NCBI GenBank assembly: GCA_964601215.1
Contig: CAZRMN010000001.1
Coordinates: forward strand, 334-64,333
DNA: 64,000 nucleotides
Reading direction: 5' to 3'
DNA from: an uncultured archaeon
GTDB taxonomy: Archaea > Aenigmatarchaeota > Aenigmatarchaeia > CG10238-14 > SCSR01
Numbering within the stretch: the stretch's first letter is position 1; each line of letters begins with the position of its first letter. The notes beneath the pieces are model-generated. The model was not told the origin of the DNA. It did no database searches and saw only the letters and a list, made by a program, of their open reading frames with translations. Positions 56,796 to 64,000 of this stretch are shown here, piece by piece. The position numbers and the translations under genes are program-made.

Positions 56796-59700
56796 TTACA
56801 TTTTTTGATATATCCCAGGACGAGGTTCGAATAAATCGCCTTTATTCTTAAGTTCATTCAGTATTTTTTCTATATCATATTCTTTTAACCCTCTACTTTT
56901 AGCAAGCTTAACTATTTCCTCTTTGGGAATGTTTTTTCCTAGAGTATTCACTAACTCTTCAATTACATCCAGCATTATTCTAATTTTCCCCCTTTGAGAA
57001 GCAGTTATGTGTCCTTCTGCTCTATCAATATCTATTTTTCCAGTTTCTGGATCAAAACCAAATTGTCTTAAAGAAGCTTTCATTAGTTTTATCGCTCTCA
57101 AAGCATCTTCCTTTGTTACTTTATCCCTAAGCTGAACTTTAGCTGAAGCCTCAGCAAGTCTTATTAATGCTTCATACTGCCTTAAGGTTATAGGAACTGG
57201 TGCTTCTTCTGAAGTAACCTTTTCTCTCAACTTTACAAAAAATTCTTTTATTGTATCTCCTGCCTCTCTTGTTAATTTAGGATGGCAATTTTTCCTTGCA
57301 TAAGCGATATATTTTTTAAGAAACTCTGGCTCGATAGCTGGTTTAATTTCCTCTTCAGCAAAATGTCTTGCTCTTAAAATGTGTTCAGCAATTTTTTCAT
57401 CTAACTCAGGATTTGGTATATCCCTCAAGGCAAACTTTAAATCAAACCTTGCTAGTAGAGTGTCTGGAATGTCAATTTGTTCTTTTATTGGTAAATATGG
57501 ATCAAACCTTCCTAATTTTGGATTTCCACCTGCTAAGATTGCTGTTTGAGCCGGCAAAGTTGCAACTATGTTTGCTTTAGCTATTGAAATCGTATTCTGT
57601 TCCATTGCTTCATGCAAAGCAATTTGATCGCTCTTATCTATTTTTTCAAATTCATCTATACAAATTAAGCTTTTATTGCACATCACTAAAGCTCCAGCTT
57701 CTAAAACCCATCCTCCCAAGAATTCTTCATCTCTTACTACAGTAGCAGTAAGACCGGCACCTGTTACTCCTTTCCCAGATACATATCTTCCACGAGGGAT
57801 TAAAGTAGAAACTACTTTCATCAAAACACTTTTTGCTGTGTTGTGACAAACTATTCCATTTGCTACAAACTTATGGTAAATAGGAACCTCTATATCATAA
57901 ACTGTTTGCGGAGGATGATAAACAATTTCAACAACTTTTTCCCATCTTTTATTTTTCCTCCTTTTTTTTAATTTTTTCACTTTTTCAAGAAGTCGTTTTA
58001 GTTTTCTTCTTTTTTTTCTGCAGTTAAAACCAATTGATTTTGCAAACTTAGCTATTGAATTAGCTTGTCTTATCATCAAATTGTTTCCATATATTCTAGA
58101 GTGAATACCAAACCTTAAAAGTAAAATTTGTATATCTCTTAATAATTCAATATCCTTAGCTTTATAAAGTATACCATTTTTTCCTCTTCCTTCTGCTATT
58201 ACTGATCCGTCTCCATCATATAACCAAGAAAGAAAAGATGCAACAACTGAATTTTTCGAACAAAGTATTAAGTCAGGTACTCTTTTAATTTTTAAAAATT
58301 GCAACAGTTTTGCAAGATTTACAGAATTAAATACCATTTCAACATTAATTCCGAACTTTTCTTTTTTATGTTCAAAGCTTGGTTTTAAGCCAAATACTTC
58401 AAAAAATAGTTTTTCCATCTTTGGCAAAAGGTCTAGTTCGTTGTAATTAAATACACATCCTACTTTATATTTAGTAACGTAACCATCTGCTAAAAGATAC
58501 CCTAAAATACTTGCAAGCTTTTCATCTACTACTTGTGGGATTTTAATTTTTTTACTTTGCTTAGCAGGGTTTTCTAATTTCCAGCCTGTTTTTACATACT
58601 TATGAATACTGCATGGTATCCAATTGATTACTCTTACTTCGTCTCCAATTTTTATCTCATCCAAGCGTTTCCATTTTTTCGGTTTTTGTTTCCCAAAACT
58701 CGTTTTTACATCTTCTTTTACAAGTAAGGGTTGATTAAATGTACCTTTTATACTTTTTCCACTTTCTGTAATTATTTCGATCACTGGATGAAATTCATAT
58801 TTGTGAAAAACTTTTGCAATACCTCTTTTATACCCTTCTGCTAAATAAACTGGGATATTAATTTTTTGTAAATGTGAAGAACCCAAAGAGGAAATTTTAA
58901 CTATGCTACCATTTCCCAATATGACTCTTTCATCCCCCACAAGACAACTGGGATCTCCTACCAAAAGAATATGAATATCTCCTCTAACTCTAGATTTGTC
59001 TTTTTGTATGTGCATTTCTCCTCCAAAAAGTTGTAAAACAATTGCTTCCTTGATTTCATCTAGACCATAAAGGGCTGGAGCGATGGAGGCAACTAATTTA
59101 TCATAAACGTTTGGGTCTCTAGCTAGCTCTAAAATCTTTTTTTCATCTTCAGGGGTTATTTCTAATTCTTCCCATTCTACTTCTATGCTTTCCACAGAAT
59201 TGGCATCAATATAAATTTCCATTTGTCTTGACCTGGTTCCCCTCACTCTTCTAGGCATTTGCTTTAGTATCCCAACAACTTTTATTCTATTACCAGGGTC
59301 GGTTTTATTCTGCATTTTAGGTGTAGTTAAATCTTCCTTTAAAAAAACCATTATTTCAGAGGGTCTTTCACCGCTAGTGATTTCAAAGGGCTCTTCTATT
59401 GCAATCCATCTTGCATCGTAAAGTTTTTGGTCTATGAGTTTGAATTTTTTTCTATTTCCACAATCGCATTCTGTAGGAGGTCTTATAACTCTTTCTGTTT
59501 GGATTACAGAAATGTGCTTTCCACAAGAAGGACACAAAAATATCGCTTCTGAAACTTCTGGTCTAATCTCGCTAGCTCTTTTAACTATTCCATCAACTGA
59601 AATAAGCTTACCTATGTGTTCGGCTCTAATATTCCTTATCCTTATTTGCCTGCTTTCTGGAAGGTTGAAAATCCTTATTTTAATTTTTGGCTCTCCTGGC

Positions 59701-59912
59701 AAGTCTATTTGCTTGATCGCTTCTTCAGCCAAGCTTAAAATTTCTTCTGGGTTTTCGAGTAGCAAATCAGCAAGCTCTGTATCAAACTTATCTAAGATAG
59801 AAAAATCCACAAGAATTGACTTTTTACCCTCATTTACTGCCAAGAGTAAATCATTATAATACTCTTCTGAAAGAAATTCAACAAACTTATCTATAATTTC
59901 CTCTTTTTTCAT
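56796..59912 (-). CDS. mcm: MCM replicative helicase with a LAGLIDADG intein in the Walker A P-loop
   Basis: Zn finger CPSCG...CDCG, GDIHILLVGDPS|C...VCHN|TAKS, Walker B ICIDEFEKI, arginine finger region. Confidence 0.9.
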   Translation of the reverse strand: MKKEEIIDKFVEFLSEEYYNDLLLAVNEGKKSILVDFSILDKFDTELADLLLENPEEILSLAEEAIKQIDLPGEPKIKIRIFNLPESRQIRIRNIRAEHIGKLISVDGIVKRASEIRPEVSEAIFLCPSCGKHISVIQTERVIRPPTECDCGNRKKFKLIDQKLYDARWIAIEEPFEITSGERPSEIMVFLKEDLTTPKMQNKTDPGNRIKVVGILKQMPRRVRGTRSRQMEIYIDANSVESIEVEWEELEITPEDEKKILELARDPNVYDKLVASIAPALYGLDEIKEAIVLQLFGGEMHIQKDKSRVRGDIHILLVGDPSCLVGDERVILGNGSIVKISSLGSSHLQKINIPVYLAEGYKRGIAKVFHKYEFHPVIEIITESGKSIKGTFNQPLLVKEDVKTSFGKQKPKKWKRLDEIKIGDEVRVINWIPCSIHKYVKTGWKLENPAKQSKKIKIPQVVDEKLASILGYLLADGYVTKYKVGCVFNYNELDLLPKMEKLFFEVFGLKPSFEHKKEKFGINVEMVFNSVNLAKLLQFLKIKRVPDLILCSKNSVVASFLSWLYDGDGSVIAEGRGKNGILYKAKDIELLRDIQILLLRFGIHSRIYGNNLMIRQANSIAKFAKSIGFNCRKKRRKLKRLLEKVKKLKKRRKNKRWEKVVEIVYHPPQTVYDIEVPIYHKFVANGIVCHNTAKSVLMKVVSTLIPRGRYVSGKGVTGAGLTATVVRDEEFLGGWVLEAGALVMCNKSLICIDEFEKIDKSDQIALHEAMEQNTISIAKANIVATLPAQTAILAGGNPKLGRFDPYLPIKEQIDIPDTLLARFDLKFALRDIPNPELDEKIAEHILRARHFAEEEIKPAIEPEFLKKYIAYARKNCHPKLTREAGDTIKEFFVKLREKVTSEEAPVPITLRQYEALIRLAEASAKVQLRDKVTKEDALRAIKLMKASLRQFGFDPETGKIDIDRAEGHITASQRGKIRIMLDVIEELVNTLGKNIPKEEIVKLAKSRGLKEYDIEKILNELKNKGDLFEPRPGIYQKM
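57840..58946 (-). other. MCM intein (369 aa, residues 323..691) with a LAGLIDADG homing endonuclease domain
   Basis: Begins CLVGDERV after GDPS and ends GIVCHN before TAKS. Endonuclease motifs ILGYLLADGYV and FLSWLYDGDGSV. Confidence 0.75.
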
Positions 59913-59982
59913 GCATTTCTTTTATTATTCTCAGTTTTTTTAAATGTTTCTAATTATTGAAAGCTTTCGGAAATCTTTCTGA

Positions 59983-60531
59983 CTAGAGCAAAGCTTTGAT
60001 ATCTTTCAACTTCTTGGAAACTTTTTTTACTGCTGTGTTTACATCTTTTATGTCTCTTGCTCCTGTGCAGACTATTTTTCCTGAACCAAAAAGTAAGAAT
60101 GCAACTTTTGGGTCATCCATTCTATAAACTAATCCTGGAAACTGTTCGGGTTCATACTCCGAATTTTCTAGGTTAAAAGCTATTGTATCCAAGTTTAAGC
60201 TAGAAGGTAATTTTGCAGAAGCAACTATATTTTCCACCTGAATTTTAAAGTTTTTAGGAACTTTTACTCCAGATTTTTCAATTACTTTTCTTATTTTTTT
60301 AAACACTTTGTTCACATCTTCAACACTTCTTGCTCCTGTACAGACTATTTTTCCTGAACTGAAGATAAGTGCTGCAGCTTTTGGAGTTTTAATTCTATAA
60401 ACTAATCCTGGAAATTGTTCGGGTTCATACTCCATTCCTTCCATTTTAGAAACAATCTTTTCAAGAGGAATTTCAATCCCAAGGGAAGCAGAAGCAACTA
60501 TATTTTCTATTCTTATTTTAAAATCAGCCAT
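59983..60531 (-). CDS. tbp: TATA-box binding protein
   Basis: Two direct repeats containing IENIVASA...YEPEQFPGLVYR...GKIVCTGA. Confidence 0.9.
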   Translation of the reverse strand: MADFKIRIENIVASASLGIEIPLEKIVSKMEGMEYEPEQFPGLVYRIKTPKAAALIFSSGKIVCTGARSVEDVNKVFKKIRKVIEKSGVKVPKNFKIQVENIVASAKLPSSLNLDTIAFNLENSEYEPEQFPGLVYRMDDPKVAFLLFGSGKIVCTGARDIKDVNTAVKKVSKKLKDIKALL

Positions 60532-60588
60532 TGCATCACCTTATTTATATTTTTTTCGAAAAATATAAATAATAGTTTTTAATTTCTT

Positions 60589-61044
60589 TTAAAAGTATTT
60601 TTCAAGCTCCAGTAAGAAGGAGTTTAATTTTCCTATCGGTACAACCCAAGTTTTATTTTTCCTTAAGATATCTTCTTCTAGAAGAGTAACAATTAGAGGT
60701 TTGATCTTTGGTTTTTCGTCAAAAAAACTATTCTTTAAGAATTTTTTGAATTCTTCAGTTCTTTTCTCTTGCTCTTTTATAGCTTTTTTCAAATCACTTG
60801 TCTTGTATCTCCCACCTCTCCATTTTTTGCAATCTATACATAGAACTAAACTATTCCTCTTAGCTACTAAATCTATCTCATACTTTCTATCAGTTTTAAA
60901 CCTGAAATTTTTCATAACTTTAAACTCATGTACTTCAAAAATTTCTTTCACCACATTTTCAAATTCTTTCCATTCAATCCTTTCAAGAATTTCTTCTATA
61001 GTCTTCCCTTTCAGAATATCTTTTTTTATTTCTTCAAGTTTCAC
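60589..61044 (-). CDS. PD-(D/E)XK nuclease superfamily protein (Hjc-like candidate)
   Basis: E...YEIDLVAK...LCIDCKKW arrangement resembles the E-D-ExK core. Confidence 0.3.
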   Translation of the reverse strand: MKLEEIKKDILKGKTIEEILERIEWKEFENVVKEIFEVHEFKVMKNFRFKTDRKYEIDLVAKRNSLVLCIDCKKWRGGRYKTSDLKKAIKEQEKRTEEFKKFLKNSFFDEKPKIKPLIVTLLEEDILRKNKTWVVPIGKLNSFLLELEKYF

Positions 61045-61052
61045 AATTATAT

Positions 61053-61433
61053 ATGAATTTTATTTATTTTTTATTCCATGGCTTTGTACATCTTTTTCTC
61101 ATTTTTTTGATTTTTCTTGTTTTTAGATTAGACTTTTTTCAAGTATTTTTAGTGTTTCTAGCTTCTGCTCTTGTTGACCTTGACCATATACCTTTAATAA
61201 AAAAGAAGGGTATTAAGCATTGGATAAAAGTTTGGAGTTCGCACTCTCCTCAAATTTATCCATTTCACAACTTTCTTTCTTTAATACTTTCTTTCCTACT
61301 TTCTTTCTTAGCTCTATTTCCTCAACTTTTTATTGTTGGTATTTGTTTTCTCTCTGTATTCCTACATTTATTCTGGGATTTTTTCGAAGATGTATTTATA
61401 TTAAAAATAGGAATTAAACATTGGAAGGTGTAG
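61053..61433 (+). CDS. Membrane protein (DUF457/YdjM-like)
   Basis: Polytopic with N-terminal H..G. Confidence 0.3.
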   Translation: MNFIYFLFHGFVHLFLIFLIFLVFRLDFFQVFLVFLASALVDLDHIPLIKKKGIKHWIKVWSSHSPQIYPFHNFLSLILSFLLSFLALFPQLFIVGICFLSVFLHLFWDFFEDVFILKIGIKHWKV

Positions 61434-61434
61434 T

Positions 61435-61902
61435 ATGGATTTAATTGCACACTTTGTTTTTGGAATTTGGTTAGCAAAAAAATTTCAAAATTTTTGGGCT
61501 ATTTTTTTAAGTTGTATTATAGATATAGACCATTTTTTTGGTTATATATATGACAAAAGAAAAAAACAAAGAATTGAAATTCCTTCCATACTTCATTTAG
61601 CTTATAGACCAAGGAGTTGGCTCCATAGCTTTACTGGAATTTTGATTCTATCTATTCCATTTTTGTTTTTCTTGCCACCAGATTTAGTGTTCATTTCTCT
61701 ACTTTCGCACCTTTTTTTTGACCTTTTAGATAAGAATGGGATATTTTTATTTCCTCCTCTACTGAACAAAAAAATTAGAGGTAGGTTACCAGTTGGCTAT
61801 TTGCCTGAAGACCCTAGATATTTAAAAGCTCATAAAAGGTCACACTTACCAAGCATTTTACTTATAATTTTTACTGGTATTTTATTATTTTATGGAATTT
61901 AG
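61435..61902 (+). CDS. Membrane-bound metal-dependent hydrolase-like protein (DUF457/YdjM family)
   Basis: MDLIAHFVFG N-terminal motif and an IDIDH segment. Confidence 0.4.
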   Translation: MDLIAHFVFGIWLAKKFQNFWAIFLSCIIDIDHFFGYIYDKRKKQRIEIPSILHLAYRPRSWLHSFTGILILSIPFLFFLPPDLVFISLLSHLFFDLLDKNGIFLFPPLLNKKIRGRLPVGYLPEDPRYLKAHKRSHLPSILLIIFTGILLFYGI

Positions 61903-61904
61903 GG

Positions 61905-62681
61905 GTGATAGAAATCCTTATTTGTGGTTTAGATGAAGCAGGTCGAGGAGCACTCATAGGCCCGATGGTAATCTGTGGAGTAGTAATAGATAAAAAAGAT
62001 GAAAAAAAATTAAAAAAGATTGGAGTAAAGGATTCAAAAGCGTTAACTCCAAAAAAAAGAGAAATGTTAGCTAAAAAAATAGAAAAAATTGCTAAATCAG
62101 TAATTATAATGCGTATTCCAGCTTGTAAAATTTTTACTTATAGGAAAAAGTACAAGATGAAACTGGATGCTCTTGAAGCTTTAAAGATGGCTCAAATAAT
62201 AGATATCTGCAATGCTGATAAGGTTTATGTTGATTCTTTGGGTAATATAAACTCAAAAAAAGTTGGAAAATTTGAAAAGCTAATTAGAGAAAACTTGGAT
62301 AACAAAAAGATAAAACTAATAGTTGAAAATTATGCAGACGAAACTTATCCTATAGTTTCTGCTGCTTCGATAATTGCCAAAGTTGAGAGGGATAAAGCCA
62401 TAGAAGAGTTAAAAAAGAAAGTAAAATTTGATTTTGGCGTAGGTTATAGTCATGATGTAAGGAGCATTAAATTTTTAGAAAAGATTTTGAAGGAAAGTGA
62501 AGAACCTCCTTCTTACATAAGATGGCACTGGGATACTGTTGAAAGCGTAGCTACAAAACTTTTTGAGATGGGAGAAAAACTTCAGCCCTGGGTTTATGAA
62601 GAAATATTAGGCAAAAAATCTTGGCAGAAAAGAATAAAAGATTTCTTTAAGAAAAAAGAAAAGTGTAAAGAGGGAAAATAA
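61905..62681 (+). CDS. rnhB: Ribonuclease HII
   Basis: GLDEAGRGALIGPMVICGVV and DSKALTPKKRE motifs. Confidence 0.85.
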   Translation: MIEILICGLDEAGRGALIGPMVICGVVIDKKDEKKLKKIGVKDSKALTPKKREMLAKKIEKIAKSVIIMRIPACKIFTYRKKYKMKLDALEALKMAQIIDICNADKVYVDSLGNINSKKVGKFEKLIRENLDNKKIKLIVENYADETYPIVSAASIIAKVERDKAIEELKKKVKFDFGVGYSHDVRSIKFLEKILKESEEPPSYIRWHWDTVESVATKLFEMGEKLQPWVYEEILGKKSWQKRIKDFFKKKEKCKEGK

Positions 62682-62929
62682 TGAAAATAGAAAAAATTGT
62701 GATTTTAGTATTTTTTGGGTTAGGAATAGTTTCTGGAATAATTTCAAACTTTTTTGTTAATTCTCAAAACTTTTTTTTATCAATAATAGTTCCTATAGTA
62801 ATTTATTTTGGTTGTTTAATACCCTTTAAAAATTTAATAAAAAAGAAAAAGTTTAAAATAATCCTAGATACTTTAATTACTTTTATTTTGTTCTGGTTGC
62901 TCGTTTGGTTTACTCTTTATGGGTTGTGA
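62681..62929 (+). CDS. Small membrane protein
   Basis: 82 aa, two or three hydrophobic helices. Confidence 0.3.
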   Translation: MKIEKIVILVFFGLGIVSGIISNFFVNSQNFFLSIIVPIVIYFGCLIPFKNLIKKKKFKIILDTLITFILFWLLVWFTLYGL

Positions 62930-62930
62930 T

Positions 62931-64000
62931 ATGCTAAAAAGAACCCATTACACTAGCGAATTAGAAAAAGCAATCGGAAAAGAAGTAGTTTTATCTGGAT
63001 GGGTTTTTGATGTAAGAATTTTAGGAGGTATAAGTTTTATTCTTCTAAGAGATAAAGAAGGTGTGATTCAAGTAACTGCTCCAAAAGAAAAGGTTTCTAA
63101 AAAAACATTAGAAGTTTGTGAAAAATTGCACCAAGAAGATGTGATCTCTGTTAAAGGAAAAGTAGTGAAGAGTAAAATTTCAAAAAGGGGTATAGAAATA
63201 ATTCCTTCGGAAATTGAAATTATAAACAAAGCTTCTGTTCCTTTACCTCTAGACCCTAGACAAGTCACGAAAGCAAATTTAGACACAAGGCTAAACAATA
63301 GATTTTTAGATTTAAGAACAAGAGAATCTTGGGCAATTTTTAGGATTCAATCGAGAATTACAAAAGCATTTAGAGATTTTTTAACATCTCGAGGATATAT
63401 AGAAATTCAACCGCCATGCATAATTTCTTCTGCCAGTGAAGGAGGAGCTGAACTTTTCTCCTTACCATATTTTGAGAAAAAAGCTTTTTTAGCACAATCT
63501 CCCCAACTTTACAAACAAGTTTGTGCGCTAGCGTTTGAAAAAGTTTTCTGTGTAATGCCTGTTTTTAGGGCTGAAAAATTCGACCAACCTACGCATTTAA
63601 ATGAGATTAGACAAATGGATATTGAACAAGCTTTTGCTGATGATAAAGAAGTGATGAAAGTATTGGAAGAATGTTTTGTGTTTATACTTAAAGAAGTTGA
63701 GAAGAATTGCAAAAGAGAGTTAAAAGTTTTGAATCAAAAGATAAAAATACCAAAGTTACCATTAAAAAGGATAACTTATTCTGAAGCAATAGAATTACTC
63801 AAGAAAAATGGAGAAAAAATTGAATGGAGCGATGACTTTACAAAAACTCAAGAAAAATTGCTCACTAGCCTAGTCAAAAAAGATGCTTTTTTCATCGTAG
63901 ACTGGCCTTCAGAGCTTAAACCTTTTTATGCTATGCCAAACGAAAAAAATCCAAAAATTGTTAAGGCTTTTGATTTAATTTATAAAGGTTTGGAATTGGC
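62931..64000 (+). CDS. aspS: Aspartyl-tRNA synthetase, archaeal type (3' end truncated by the window)
   Basis: N-terminal OB anticodon-binding domain, class II motif 1 region PPCIISSASEGGAELF, motif 2 FRAE. Confidence 0.7.
   Translation, partial: MLKRTHYTSELEKAIGKEVVLSGWVFDVRILGGISFILLRDKEGVIQVTAPKEKVSKKTLEVCEKLHQEDVISVKGKVVKSKISKRGIEIIPSEIEIINKASVPLPLDPRQVTKANLDTRLNNRFLDLRTRESWAIFRIQSRITKAFRDFLTSRGYIEIQPPCIISSASEGGAELFSLPYFEKKAFLAQSPQLYKQVCALAFEKVFCVMPVFRAEKFDQPTHLNEIRQMDIEQAFADDKEVMKVLEECFVFILKEVEKNCKRELKVLNQKIKIPKLPLKRITYSEAIELLKKNGEKIEWSDDFTKTQEKLLTSLVKKDAFFIVDWPSELKPFYAMPNEKNPKIVKAFDLIYKGLEL

Overview
This window reads as an AT-rich archaeal chromosomal segment with small, tightly packed, often overlapping genes. 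A DPANN-like or other small-genome archaeon is an inference from composition and gene content only.

Content, from the sequence and protein motifs:
- Replication, transcription and translation core: RFC small and large subunits, MCM carrying a P-loop intein, TBP, aIF-2 beta, RNase HII, GlyRS, a partial AspRS, ribosomal proteins S26e/L37ae/S19e, an unannotated RpoP, prefoldin beta, Rpp21, and two tandem tRNA-Pro genes.
- Two type IV pilus/archaellum-like loci, both with class-III-signal pilins. The first has a FlaI-like ATPase carrying a LAGLIDADG intein, two FlaJ/TadC-like membrane genes, a KaiC/FlaH-like ATPase and a 925-aa vWA pilin-like protein. The second has a second FlaI-like ATPase, two T2SSF membrane genes and four pilins.
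- Several very large secreted, Cys-rich, N-glycosylation-rich LamG, CARDB and GHL10 proteins.
- A small cassette of V4R protein, adenylate-forming enzyme, methyltransferase and transglutaminase-like protein.
- A wHTH plus nucleotidyltransferase pair that resembles AbiE, and a wHTH-PrimPol fusion.
- An rtcB-archease pair.

The strongest finding is in rtcB, the tRNA-splicing ligase gene. Its ORF is interrupted inside the catalytic HFGY|GFPIGG motif by a 29-nt element. That element folds as a bulge-helix-bulge (BHB) motif, and the splice points inferred from protein homology fall after the second nucleotide of each 3-nt bulge. This is a candidate EndA-cleaved, RtcB-ligated intron in the ligase's own mRNA.

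Other findings include tRNA-Pro(UGG) with a 29-nt insertion between acceptor and D stem, tRNA-Pro(GGG) with an 11-nt minimal intron, a 19-20-nt perfect palindrome present twice flanking a DUF4143 ATPase gene, a nested-hairpin intergenic element, and a frameshift splitting a GHL10-LamG surface protein gene.
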